A DNA stretch of 64,000 nt from an uncultured candidatus Brocadiaceae bacterium (GTDB lineage Bacteria; Planctomycetota; Brocadiia; SM23-32), in NCBI GenBank assembly GCA_964521715.1, contig CAZFSS010000013.1, positions 7,327-71,326 of the forward strand, read 5' to 3'. Below are positions 20,383 through 29,651 of the stretch, piece after piece. The notes below the pieces were generated by a model, which was given only the letters and a program-made list of their open reading frames with translations, was not told the DNA's origin and did no database searches. Position 1 is the first letter of the stretch. Every line of letters starts with the position of its first letter. The position numbers were made by a program, and so were the translations under genes.

Positions 20383-21159
20383 ATGACGATAGCCGACGAG
20401 TTCAACAGGCTCATAGGCATCATGCGCAGGCTGCGCAGCGACTGCCCGTGGGATCGCAGCCAGAATCACGATACGCTGCGGCCCTACCTGCTGGAAGAAG
20501 CTTACGAAGTGCTCCATGCCCTGGACCAGGGCCGTTACGACGAACTGCGGGACGAACTGGGCGACCTGATGCTCCAGATCGTCTTCCACGCCGAGATCGC
20601 GGAAGAGGACGGCCGGTTCACCATCGAGGACGTCCTGCGCGGCATCAACGACAAGCTGGTTCGCCGGCATCCGCACGTCTTCGGCGACAAGGAAGCGGAG
20701 ACGCCCGCCGATGTGGTGCGCCGATGGGAGAGCATCAAGACCGGAGAGGAGCAGAGGCCCTCGTCTCTGGACGGCGTGCCCGCTGCGTTGCCCGCGCTGC
20801 TGCGGGCCGCGCGCGTCCTGAGCAAGATCCGGCAGACGGGCGTTGATCCCTTCGAGGGAATGGACCTGGCAGGGGCGGCGCGCCGGTGGCTCGAGCGCCT
20901 GTCCGGCGCGATGGCCGGCCACGACGAGGCCGGCGCCGAGCATGCAGCCGGCGTGCTGGCGATGGTGATCGGCGAGATGGCCGCGCGCGCTGGGGCGAGC
21001 GCCGAGGACGCGCTGCGCAACGCCGTCGGGCGCCTGAGCGCGGAGTTCCAGCGACACGAAGCACGTCTGCGTGAGGAGGGACGCAGCCTCACGGCGCTGT
21101 CCGGCGAGGAACTCGACCGCGTCGCAGCGCGCCTTCTGGCGGCTTGCGAGGAGGCGTGA
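20383..21159 (+). CDS. mazG: Nucleoside triphosphate pyrophosphohydrolase MazG
   Basis: Tandem MazG domains (RLRSDCPWDRSQ...EEAYEV...ELGDLMLQIVFHA). The internal Met start aligns with the E. coli MazG N-terminus. The ORF-track start at 20329 is a possible alternative. Confidence 0.85.
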   Translation: MTIADEFNRLIGIMRRLRSDCPWDRSQNHDTLRPYLLEEAYEVLHALDQGRYDELRDELGDLMLQIVFHAEIAEEDGRFTIEDVLRGINDKLVRRHPHVFGDKEAETPADVVRRWESIKTGEEQRPSSLDGVPAALPALLRAARVLSKIRQTGVDPFEGMDLAGAARRWLERLSGAMAGHDEAGAEHAAGVLAMVIGEMAARAGASAEDALRNAVGRLSAEFQRHEARLREEGRSLTALSGEELDRVAARLLAACEEA

Positions 21160-21160
21160 G

Positions 21161-21934
21161 GTGCATGCCATTCTCCTGGCCGCCGGCTACGGAACGCGGC
21201 TCCATCCCCTCACCCGCGACCGCGCGAAGCCCCTTCTTCCCGTGGGCGGGCGGCCGATCATTGACCACCTGATCGACCGCCTGGAGGCCGCCCCGGAGAT
21301 CGACCGCATGCTCTTGGTCACCAACGCCCGGTTCGCGGAGGACTTCGAGCGGTGGGCGGCCGCGCGCAGCTTCGCAAAGCCTCTGAGCGTCTACTGCGAC
21401 GGGTCCACGTCGAATGAGGACAGGCTGGGAGCCGTGGCCGACATGCAGCTTGCCGTGGAGCGCGGCGGCATAGCCGGCCAGGAAGCCTACATCCTGGCCA
21501 CCGACAACCTGCCGCGCTTTGACCTGACGGACATCATCGGGTTCTCCAGAGCCAGGCGCGCCAGCGCCGTGTTCGGCTGCCGGACGGAAGACCCCGAGGT
21601 GCTCGCACGCGTTGGCGTCGCCGAGGTCGACGCGGAGGGACGGGTCACGGGCTTCGAGGAGAAGCCCGAGCATCCAAGGGGCAACCTGCGCGTGCCGCCT
21701 TTCTATGTCTACGCTTCGGAGGCGGTTGCGTCCATCGCGCAGTACCTGGCCGGAGGAGGCAACCCGGACGCGCCCGGCCACTTCCTGCAATGGCTTGTGC
21801 CGCGCCATCCGGTCTACCTTCTCCGACGACCGCAAGGCACGCGCGACATCGGCACGCTGGAGAGCTACCGACAGGTCTGCGCCGAATTTGAGACGTCGGC
21901 GGAAGGGCAGGGGGGCGCTTGCCGTTTCCCTTGA
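21161..21934 (+). CDS. Sugar-phosphate nucleotidyltransferase (G1P thymidylyl/uridylyltransferase-like)
   Basis: LAAGYGTRLHPLTRDRAKPLLPVGGRPII is the NTP-transferase signature. The GTG start at 21161 lies 1 nt after the mazG stop, with a GAGGAGG site upstream. Confidence 0.8.
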   Translation: MHAILLAAGYGTRLHPLTRDRAKPLLPVGGRPIIDHLIDRLEAAPEIDRMLLVTNARFAEDFERWAAARSFAKPLSVYCDGSTSNEDRLGAVADMQLAVERGGIAGQEAYILATDNLPRFDLTDIIGFSRARRASAVFGCRTEDPEVLARVGVAEVDAEGRVTGFEEKPEHPRGNLRVPPFYVYASEAVASIAQYLAGGGNPDAPGHFLQWLVPRHPVYLLRRPQGTRDIGTLESYRQVCAEFETSAEGQGGACRFP

Positions 21935-22034
21935 CGGGCACCACGGCTTGAAGTACGCTGAGGGCTCACGGTCGCATGTCGGAACCTGCCACTCAGCCGT
22001 CTGGGCGCTTCTTCTCGTTCTCCCGGAGGTGACG

Positions 22035-23345
22035 ATGCTACGGACCAGCAGGGAATTGAGGGCGGTCCTCGAGGCGATGTATCCGTTCGATAAGAAGGGC
22101 AAGCTTCTGCCCCTGAAGGACAGATGCACCATGCTGGCGTCCAACGCCAATTTCGACCTGGAGATTCAGCTGCGGGGGTTCACGATGGCGTCCGCCGCCT
22201 TCGACGGCAGCCCCCAGATCGTCCAGATCAGCTACACGGCGACGGACCAGACCGGCAGCCACCCCAAGAAGCTCCCGCCGATCGAGGGGGTCGTGCGGAA
22301 CACCGCGACCAGGCCCGCGCCCGTCGGCGCACAGAGGGCCCGGCAGATGCTCGACTGGTATACCGAGGACTACGAGGCCGACCTGGTCTGGATGAGCCTG
22401 GACCATTACACTTCGCCCAAGTTCTCGCTCGACAAGTACGCCGAGAAGTGCGGCAGCAGCGGCATGAATGAAGCGATAGCGCGCGCCCTGCTCGAGGATG
22501 CCAGCGAGTGCCTGGGGGTCAAGGCGAACAAGAAGCAGCTCCAGGCGTACCTCAACTACCTGACGGGCGACGAGTTCGGCAGCTATGCGCGCGACTTCTT
22601 CGGCTCAGTTGACCTCAGCAGGCCGGCCTGGGCCATGATCGACACGGGCGATACGCCGGCCGCCGTCAACCTTGCCAGCACGATGTGGTTCGTTGACACC
22701 GTGCGCAACGGCCTCGACGACGAGGAAGTGATCATCGAGGCCGAGTTCTCCGCAACGGGCAGCAGCGGCGAAGAGGAGGAATACGCCTACTGGCCCGGCC
22801 GGGACGCCCCGAAGGGCGCGCCCACAATGACGGAAGATGACCAGGAGAGCTTCCTGAAGCGCATCTGCGCGTTCGTCCAGAAGACCAACGCGGACGCCAT
22901 CGCTTACGAAGTCGGCAGCAAGCACGCGGCCAAGGCCGGCGAGGAATTCGCCATCGACGCCGGCAAGCTCAAGGCCGTTCAGGTCGCGCTGAAGGAGCTG
23001 ACCGGCCGGCACATAGGCTACGCCGGGCACGGCGGCACGGGCTTCAAGTGGGAAAGCGATCTGATCGGGCCCATCTTCAAGCGCAACATCAACACCCAGC
23101 ACCTCTATGCCGGCACGATGTCCCAGGTCAAGTGGGTCGACAAGTACCGCGCGGCCATCGAGAACAGAGAAAAGGATGCCATCGGGCGCGGCCGCAAGCT
23201 CGCAGAGGTGAACGCCGCCGCCGAGTCCGCCATCGGACTGCTCAAAGAGTGCCAGTGCTGGCAGAAGGGCCCGCAGTTCCGCCGGATGCTGGCGGGCGTG
23301 GAGGAGAAGGCGGCGCAATTCCGCGATTCCGCCGCGAAGGAGTGA
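22035..23345 (+). CDS. Divergent class II (metal-dependent) fructose/tagatose-bisphosphate aldolase-family protein
   Basis: Motifs line up with E. coli FbaA: IVQISYTA (like IVQFSNGGA), MSLDH (like LHTDH), EAEFSATGSSGEEE (like LGCTGGEEDG), VGSKHAA (like FGNVHG), YAGHGGTG (like FVFHGGSG). The three His Zn ligands are conserved. I trimmed the start to the ATG at 22035, which has a GGAGGT site upstream. Confidence 0.55.
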   Translation: MLRTSRELRAVLEAMYPFDKKGKLLPLKDRCTMLASNANFDLEIQLRGFTMASAAFDGSPQIVQISYTATDQTGSHPKKLPPIEGVVRNTATRPAPVGAQRARQMLDWYTEDYEADLVWMSLDHYTSPKFSLDKYAEKCGSSGMNEAIARALLEDASECLGVKANKKQLQAYLNYLTGDEFGSYARDFFGSVDLSRPAWAMIDTGDTPAAVNLASTMWFVDTVRNGLDDEEVIIEAEFSATGSSGEEEEYAYWPGRDAPKGAPTMTEDDQESFLKRICAFVQKTNADAIAYEVGSKHAAKAGEEFAIDAGKLKAVQVALKELTGRHIGYAGHGGTGFKWESDLIGPIFKRNINTQHLYAGTMSQVKWVDKYRAAIENREKDAIGRGRKLAEVNAAAESAIGLLKECQCWQKGPQFRRMLAGVEEKAAQFRDSAAKE

Positions 23346-23469
23346 CGCGGACGGCACGTCCATCCGCAGGCCGTCCGGAATGCACGAGGGGAGCGCCTCA
23401 GGGCGTTCCCCGCTTGTTTGTACCGGGACCGCCCGGAGCAGTCCTTGCATCGCGGCTCTTGGGCCCGCC

Positions 23470-25146
23470 TCAGAACTCCATCCGACGGAAGGCCCGCACA
23501 CCGGCCAGCATGGGGATTATGCAGGCGCAGGCAGAGAGGGCCACGATGAAGGCCATGCCCAGGGCCAGCCATGCAGCGAAGGCGCGTCCCGCCATCATGC
23601 CCGTCGCGTGGGAGTGGAGCAGCACCACGGCCGGAGCCAGCGTGAAAGTGATGAAGCAGATGCTGCACATCAGGTTCAGCGTACCCCCGAAGCTGCTCAC
23701 GATTCTGGACGGGTTGTCCGTGCCCATGGTCGGATAGAGCGCGCCGAGTCCCGTCGCCAGGCCATTCAGGCCGCAGCAGATGCACAGGACCACGACCATG
23801 TGGATGCCGAGCGTCCAGAGGGGCAGGCCGAGCAGGACGTCGCTGAGTGCGATCAGGCTCGCGCTGATCGCGAAGGTGCCAACGGTCGCGAAAAGGAACT
23901 TGCCCCACAGGATCAGCGACCGGCGGATCGGCAGCAGGCCCATCACCCATATCCGCCTGCCCTCCAGGCTCAGTTGAGGGAAGACGAACCGGCTCGTCAG
24001 GGTGGCCAACGTCAGGCACGTCGCGCAGAGGTTCAGGACCGAGATGAGGCTGTGCCAGTAGGGCTCCAGGCCCGTCAGCCTGAACCTGGGCAGGTTCAGG
24101 ATGTAGAGGCCGAGCAAGCCGAAGAAGAGCAGGAACTGCGACCACTGCGAAGGATCCCGCACGAAGGTCCTCAAGTCCTTCGCGATCAGTAGGCGCAGCC
24201 GCACGGGAAGGAACCACAGCAGGCGCCGCGCGGCGAACTCGCTCAGGCGCGTGCCTCGATACCTGCGCTTGGTCGATGTGCCCTGCACCCTCTGCCACGT
24301 CCACCGGTACAGGCCGTGACTGAGCCGATGGGCGGCCATGCCCAGGAACATCACGTTGGACAGCAACAGCAGCGTGAGAAAGGCGCCTTCCCCAAGGCCG
24401 CCCCCGGCCGTCGCCAGCATGCCGTGACTGACCCACTGGCTCGGCAGTGCCCAGTGCTGGCAGAACGCGATGCGGTCTATGATGGACCTGATGCCGGCCT
24501 CGCTGAAGACGTTCTCAGGACGGTGCCACCACAGGGGGAGAAGCCAGACGCCAAGGCCGGCCACGCCTGCCGCCGACAGTGCAATCAGAGCTGTCTTCCT
24601 GCGGCGGGGCAGAACGGCGACGGTCACGAGGGCGAAGAAAGCCCCCAGCTCCATGGCGAAAACGGTGAACAAAAGCGCCAGCGCGAGCGCGATGGGGTAG
24701 AAGTACCACGGCACCGGGAACACGATGCCGTAGGCCAGGATCATGGGGACGACCAGCGTCACCATCCCCCACGAGCTGAGCACTATGGACTCGGCGCCGC
24801 GGTAGGCGAACGCATTCTCCGCCCGGATTGGCAGCGTGAACAGGAACTGCGTCTCTTCGCTCCGATACAAGGACGTGTAGGAGATGATGGCGTTGCTTAT
24901 GGTCATCATCACCAGCAGCGAAACGAAGAAGAACGCAAACAGGTAGTCCAGCACGATCACCTGGATCGCCTTGAAGCCGCGCAGAAACATGAAGGCGTCC
25001 AGGAACATCCCGAACATCAGCACCCAGAAGAGCACGACCAGGGCGCCGACGACGCACACGCGCAGCTTCGAGCCCCCAAGGAACTCCGCCGCCGAATACC
25101 TGGCCATGCGGAGCCTGACGCAGATCAGCCGGAGCAGTTCTCCCAT
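23470..25146 (-). CDS. Polytopic ABC exporter permease (ABC-2-like, about 12+ TM helices)
   Basis: 558 aa, almost entirely hydrophobic helices. It lies immediately downstream of an ABC ATPase on the same strand. Confidence 0.6.
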   Translation of the reverse strand: MGELLRLICVRLRMARYSAAEFLGGSKLRVCVVGALVVLFWVLMFGMFLDAFMFLRGFKAIQVIVLDYLFAFFFVSLLVMMTISNAIISYTSLYRSEETQFLFTLPIRAENAFAYRGAESIVLSSWGMVTLVVPMILAYGIVFPVPWYFYPIALALALLFTVFAMELGAFFALVTVAVLPRRRKTALIALSAAGVAGLGVWLLPLWWHRPENVFSEAGIRSIIDRIAFCQHWALPSQWVSHGMLATAGGGLGEGAFLTLLLLSNVMFLGMAAHRLSHGLYRWTWQRVQGTSTKRRYRGTRLSEFAARRLLWFLPVRLRLLIAKDLRTFVRDPSQWSQFLLFFGLLGLYILNLPRFRLTGLEPYWHSLISVLNLCATCLTLATLTSRFVFPQLSLEGRRIWVMGLLPIRRSLILWGKFLFATVGTFAISASLIALSDVLLGLPLWTLGIHMVVVLCICCGLNGLATGLGALYPTMGTDNPSRIVSSFGGTLNLMCSICFITFTLAPAVVLLHSHATGMMAGRAFAAWLALGMAFIVALSACACIIPMLAGVRAFRRMEF

Positions 25147-25163
25147 AAGCCGTCGAACGCCCC

Positions 25164-25886
25164 TCAGCCCTCCTCAGTGAGTCTGAGGAAGGCGTCCTCA
25201 AGACGCCGGTCGGTGCGCGCCGTGGCGCATATTTCGTCCAGGTCCCCGAGCGCGATGATGGAGCCGTCCCTGATGATGCCGACTCGGTCGGCGGTCTCTT
25301 CCGCCACGGCGAGCGTATGCGTGGACATGAACACGGTGACGCCCGTGCGCGTCAGGTCCCGGAGGACCGCCTTCAACGTGCGCGTCCCCTTCGGGTCCAG
25401 GCCGACCATCGGCTCGTCAACCACCAGCACGCGGGGGTCGTGCAGGAGGGCTGCGCTGACGACGACGCGCTGCTTCATGCCGTGCGAATAGGTCTGTGCC
25501 AGCTCGTCCAGGAATCCGTCCGTCTCGAACAGCCCGGAAAGGCTCGCGATCTTGTCGTCGACCGCCGCGCGGCCCATGCCGTACATCGCCCCGACGAAGC
25601 GCAGGAACTCCCGTCCCGTCAGCTTCTCGTAGAGGAACGGCTGATCCGGCACGTAGCTCAGCAGGGATCTCGCCTCGATGTAGTCCTTCTGCACGTCGTG
25701 CCCGCATAGGATGACGCGCCCCTCCGTCGGTCGCAGCAGGCCGGCCATCAGCTTGATGGTCGTGGTCTTGCCCGCGCCGTTCGGTCCGACGAAGACGAAC
25801 AGCTCCCCGGCCGGTATCTCCAGGTTCAGGCGGTTGACCGCGACGGTCTCACCGAAACGTTTGGTCAGGTTCTCCAGTCTGATCAT
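25164..25886 (-). CDS. ABC transporter ATP-binding protein
   Basis: Walker A GPNGAGKTT, ABC signature SHGMKQRV, Walker B VLVVDEP. I chose the Met at MIRLENL as the start. Its ATG overlaps the upstream GT9 gene stop. Confidence 0.85.
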   Translation of the reverse strand: MIRLENLTKRFGETVAVNRLNLEIPAGELFVFVGPNGAGKTTTIKLMAGLLRPTEGRVILCGHDVQKDYIEARSLLSYVPDQPFLYEKLTGREFLRFVGAMYGMGRAAVDDKIASLSGLFETDGFLDELAQTYSHGMKQRVVVSAALLHDPRVLVVDEPMVGLDPKGTRTLKAVLRDLTRTGVTVFMSTHTLAVAEETADRVGIIRDGSIIALGDLDEICATARTDRRLEDAFLRLTEEG

Positions 25887-26953
25887 CCGCCGCTCCCTGG
25901 CCCCAGTGCGCGTTGGCACACGTCAAACACCATCTGTGCGGTCATCTCCTCCATGCACCGATGGTCGAGCGGGCACGCCTTCCTCTGGCACGGGCCGCAG
26001 TCGACGTCCAGGCGGACCACGTGATCGTTTGCATGCTCGCTCGTCGAGTAGCCGGGATGCGTCGGCCCCATCACGCAGACGGTCGGCACCTTCAGGGCGA
26101 CGCCGTAATGGCGCGGCCCGGAATCCGTCGTCACAAGCAGCCTGCTGCGCGCAACGACGCACTTGAGCAGATGCAAGTCCACGCCGCAGTCCGACAGGTC
26201 CACGATCGGAACGGCGGAGCCGGCCATGACGCCGTCGATGGTGCGCTGCTCGTCCGCCCCGCCGATCAGCGCCACGTGGCCGCCGTATTCCTCCTGCAGC
26301 ATCTCCGCCAGCTCGGAGAAGCGTGCCTCGGGCCAGCGCTTGGAAGGTCCGAACCCGGCACCGGGATGCAGCAGGACGAGGCCGCGATCGGGTTCAACTC
26401 CGCACGACAGGAGTATAGCATTCGCGGCTTCCATGTCGGCGTCGTCGAACGGAAGCTCCATCTCCCGGCCCCGATCAGTGATCCCCAGCCGCTCGCAGAG
26501 CCCCAGGTAGTAGTCAACCATGTACGTCGGCTTGAACCGGCCGTTCTCGGCGGGCCTGGGCACGGCGTCCGTCAGCAGGAACGACCGCCAATCGCGCGCG
26601 TAGCCCACGCGCCGCCCTACGCCGCCGAGCCGGAACATGAGCGCCGAGCTGAAGGAATTCGGCAGCACGAACCCGAGTTCGTAACTTCCTCTGTGTAGGC
26701 GCGCCGCGCAGCGCAGGAACTCGCTGGCCCCGCCGATCATGCCGGGGTGGTAAACGATCGACTCGTCGAACCAGTTGCCCTTGCGAAGGACGGGCTCGAC
26801 GCCGTCGCGCACGACTGCGGCGATATGCGCATGGGAGAAATGCGCGCGCAACGCCCTCAGCGCCGGCGTGGCCATGACCACGTCGCCCACCCAGTTCGGG
26901 ATGCGGACGCAGAGGCGTTGGACGCCGTCGCGTGGAACGAAGTCGCTTGCCAT
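25883..26953 (-). CDS. Glycosyltransferase family 9 (ADP-heptose:LPS heptosyltransferase-like)
   Basis: RIPNWVGDVVMATPALRAL... and LLHPGAGFGPSKRWP are GT9 hallmarks. Confidence 0.8.
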   Translation of the reverse strand: MASDFVPRDGVQRLCVRIPNWVGDVVMATPALRALRAHFSHAHIAAVVRDGVEPVLRKGNWFDESIVYHPGMIGGASEFLRCAARLHRGSYELGFVLPNSFSSALMFRLGGVGRRVGYARDWRSFLLTDAVPRPAENGRFKPTYMVDYYLGLCERLGITDRGREMELPFDDADMEAANAILLSCGVEPDRGLVLLHPGAGFGPSKRWPEARFSELAEMLQEEYGGHVALIGGADEQRTIDGVMAGSAVPIVDLSDCGVDLHLLKCVVARSRLLVTTDSGPRHYGVALKVPTVCVMGPTHPGYSTSEHANDHVVRLDVDCGPCQRKACPLDHRCMEEMTAQMVFDVCQRALGPGSGG

Positions 26954-27105
26954 TCTCCCAAAACCATCCCGTCGAACTAGTCAGGCCGCGCGCAATTGTG
27001 CTGGCAGTCCGGATCACCTATTATAGCTGGCCGCGCCCATGGAATTCATCCCTCACCCAGCGGGGGAGGGCAGGGCGCCGGAGTCGCAGGAAAGGAGGCC
27101 AGGGC

Positions 27106-27903
27106 ATGAGAATAGCCGTGAACGGTGCCGCCGGCGCGATGGGGAAGCGAGTGATCGCCGTCGCCGTCGAGACGGAAGACTGCGAAGTGGTTGCGGCGCT
27201 GGAAAGCGCCGGCCATCCCGACGTGGGAAAGGACGCCGGCACTGTGGCGGGCGTCGGGCCGCTCGGCGTGGCGATCTCGTCTGGGCTTGCCGCGCACGCC
27301 GAGGTGCTGGTGGACTTCAGCGCGCCGGCGGCCACGGTCCGCCGTGCCCGGGAGTGCGCCGACGCGGGGATCGCCATGGTCATCGGCACCACCGGCCTGT
27401 CGGCCGAGCAGCGCTCGGAGATCGAGGAGCTGGCGTCTCGGATACCGGTTCTGGCGGCGCCGAACATGTCCGTCGGCGTGAACCTGCTTTACGACCTCGT
27501 CGAGCACGCAGCGCGAGTGCTGGGCCAGGGCTATGACGTCGAGATCATCGAGGCGCACCATCGGCGGAAGAAAGACGCCCCCAGCGGGACGGCCATGGAG
27601 CTGGCCCGGCGGCTCTGCGCCGCCCTGGGACGGGATCCGGATGCCGCACTGCTGTACGGCCGCCAGGGACAGGTCGGTCAGCGCACCGCCGAGGAGATCG
27701 GCGTGCACGCGGTGCGCGGAGGAGACATCGTGGGCGACCACACCGTCATGTTCGCTGGACCGGGCGAGCGCATCGAGCTGACGCACCGCGCATCGAGCCG
27801 CGAGGTCTTTGCCAGAGGGGCGATCCGGGCTGCCAGGTTCCTGCGGGACCGGGACCCCGGGCTCTACACGATGCGGGATGCGCTTGCTGCGGGGGCGGAG
27901 TGA
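27106..27903 (+). CDS. dapB: 4-hydroxy-tetrahydrodipicolinate reductase DapB
   Basis: MRIAVNGAAGAMGKR (NAD(P)-binding), EAHHRRKKDAPSGTA (the DapB E-H-H-x-K-x-D-APSGTA signature). An AAAGGAGG site lies 8 nt upstream. Confidence 0.92.
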   Translation: MRIAVNGAAGAMGKRVIAVAVETEDCEVVAALESAGHPDVGKDAGTVAGVGPLGVAISSGLAAHAEVLVDFSAPAATVRRARECADAGIAMVIGTTGLSAEQRSEIEELASRIPVLAAPNMSVGVNLLYDLVEHAARVLGQGYDVEIIEAHHRRKKDAPSGTAMELARRLCAALGRDPDAALLYGRQGQVGQRTAEEIGVHAVRGGDIVGDHTVMFAGPGERIELTHRASSREVFARGAIRAARFLRDRDPGLYTMRDALAAGAE

Positions 27904-27952
27904 GGGGCCCCACTGCTGGCAACAGGGCAGCGACAGCCGGCGGCATCGGGCG

Positions 27953-27980
27953 AAAAAAAGAGACCCCGTCGAGGGGTCTC
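27953..27980 (-). terminator. Rho-independent terminator (8-bp GC stem GAGACCCC/GGGGTCTC + U7 tract on the minus strand) downstream of flp
   Basis: Hairpin at 27960-27980 followed on the minus strand by TTTTTTT (A-run 27953-27959 on plus). On the plus strand it could also serve dapB. Confidence 0.6.
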
Positions 27981-28016
27981 CTTCGTGCGATCTGGGTACT
28001 GCGTAATGCAGTAGGA

Positions 28017-28048
28017 GAGGTCCGTCCCGCGTGCGCGGGACGGACCTC
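28017..28048 (-). terminator. Very stable 15-bp perfect inverted repeat (GAGGTCCGTCCCGCG-TG-CGCGGGACGGACCTC) 10 nt after the flp stop
   Basis: A perfect palindrome seen directly. A third 6-bp hairpin TACTGC-GTAAT-GCAGTA (27997-28013) lies between the two. Confidence 0.55.
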
Positions 28049-28058
28049 TCACCGCCAC

Positions 28059-28244
28059 TTAGGTGCCGGCGTTCCCGATCGTGTCGCTCACCTGCGTCAT
28101 CTTGTTCGCGGCCTCGCCGCCGAGAGCGGTCAAAGCAGCGATAACGACGATTGCCACAAGCGCCAGAATCAGCGCGTACTCCACGAGGCTCTGACCCTTC
28201 GTGGAGTGCAGAGCCAACCACAGCTTTACCAGGAACCTGTTCAC
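28059..28244 (-). CDS. flp: Flp/Fap family type IVb pilin (Tad pilin)
   Basis: 61 aa. Prepilin-peptidase motif G/QSLVEYALILALVAIVVIAALTALG (G-x4-EY then a hydrophobic helix). It is a lone gene with no tad/cpa genes in the window. Confidence 0.75.
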   Translation of the reverse strand: MNRFLVKLWLALHSTKGQSLVEYALILALVAIVVIAALTALGGEAANKMTQVSDTIGNAGT

Positions 28245-28610
28245 CGTCCGCCCTCCGCCTTATAGTGTAGTAACGGGCTACAGACTCAACTTCTGCCCCT
28301 TATAGGCGCAAAGGGTATGCCATTGGCCCCTTTGGGGCCTCCGCGGGGCTGTTCCGGAGGCCATTCGGTGCATAAGCTATTTCACAGCAACAGGTTACGA
28401 CGTTGGCTGTCCCCCTGTGGAGAAAACGGCCGGTTTCTGGCTGCCGTCTCGTTTTGAGCCTGACCGGGGGTTCGCGGCTCGCAGGGCAATCCCGTCCGTC
28501 TGCCGCGCCGGCCCGCCGGACATGGCCTCCAGAGGGCCTTCAGCGCCCTTGCAAAGCAGCCGCAGGCCCGATACCATCTGCCGTCCGTTCCTGACAGAGA
28601 GCGTGTTGGC

Positions 28611-29651
28611 ATGGCTGAAATGATGAGAGCTGCGCTGCTGGTGCGGCCGGGACGAATGGAGATCCGGGAGGTGCCGGTCCCCCGGCCCGGCGACGGCGAG
28701 GTCCTGGTGCGCGTGCGGGCCGTGGGCATCTGCGGCTCGGACGTCCATTTCTTCGCAGGGCACGTTCAGAAAGAGACTGAGTTCCCACTGGTGCTGGGCC
28801 ACGAGTTCGCAGGAGAGGTGACAGCCCTGGGTCACGGCGTTGAGGGCATGGACCTGGGCGCCCGCGTCGCCTGCGCTCCGGATCGGCCTTGCGGTATGTG
28901 CGAATGGTGCCGCAAGGGCGAGGCCAACGTCTGCCCGAACGTGCGGTTCGCCGCCTCGCACGGCGAGCCGGGCTGCTTGTCCGAGTACTACGCCGTGCAC
29001 GCGGGCCAGCTCTATCCGATCGCACAGTCCGTCGAGTTCGAGGAGGCCGCGCTTTTCGAGCCGATGGCTACAGGGCTTCACATCGTGGAGAACCTGGTCA
29101 AGCCTGAGGGAGGCGAGAGCTACGCTATCATGGGAGCCGGGCCAGACGGACTGACGGCGCTGTGCGCAGCCAGACATAATGGGGCCTCCGCTGTCTACGT
29201 CAGCGATTTGGTGCCGGAGAGGCTCCAGGCCGCGCTGAAGATGGGCGCCGATGAAGTGTGTGACGCGCGGGGTCAGGATTTCGTCGAGTTCCTGCTCGAA
29301 CGCACGCAGGGCAGGGGGGTCGACGTGGCAATCGAGGCCGCTGGCGCCGTTCCCTCCATCCAGCAGGTCTTCCTGGCCACAGCAATCCACGGCAGGGCCG
29401 TCGTGCTCGGAATCCCGCGCCAGGACAGGGTCGAGATCAACCTGACCGCGGCGAGACGGCGCGAGCTGACATTCATTGCCGCCCGCCGAACGGTGGGCAA
29501 GTACCCCCGCGCGCTCGAGTACATCCAGAAGGGCTGGCTTGACGCGGAAGTCATGATCACGCATCGGTTCCCGCTCGACCGGGTGCAGGAAGCGTTCGAG
29601 CTTGTTCGTGACCGCCGCGACGGCGTGCTGAAGGCCATGATCGTGCCGTAG
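28611..29651 (+). CDS. Zinc-dependent medium-chain alcohol/polyol dehydrogenase (threonine/sorbitol dehydrogenase-like)
   Basis: GICGSDVHFFAGH...GHEFAGEV (catalytic Zn), the C-x2-C-x2-C-x7-C structural Zn site (CGMCEWC...C), and the Rossmann motif GAGPDG. Confidence 0.88.
   Translation: MAEMMRAALLVRPGRMEIREVPVPRPGDGEVLVRVRAVGICGSDVHFFAGHVQKETEFPLVLGHEFAGEVTALGHGVEGMDLGARVACAPDRPCGMCEWCRKGEANVCPNVRFAASHGEPGCLSEYYAVHAGQLYPIAQSVEFEEAALFEPMATGLHIVENLVKPEGGESYAIMGAGPDGLTALCAARHNGASAVYVSDLVPERLQAALKMGADEVCDARGQDFVEFLLERTQGRGVDVAIEAAGAVPSIQQVFLATAIHGRAVVLGIPRQDRVEINLTAARRRELTFIAARRTVGKYPRALEYIQKGWLDAEVMITHRFPLDRVQEAFELVRDRRDGVLKAMIVP

Noticed and set aside
21612-22034. 141-codon N-terminal extension of the aldolase-like ORF, overlapping the nucleotidyltransferase gene
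   Set aside because: Arg/Ser-rich and overlaps a real gene in another frame. A strong GGAGGT site sits before the internal ATG at 22035.
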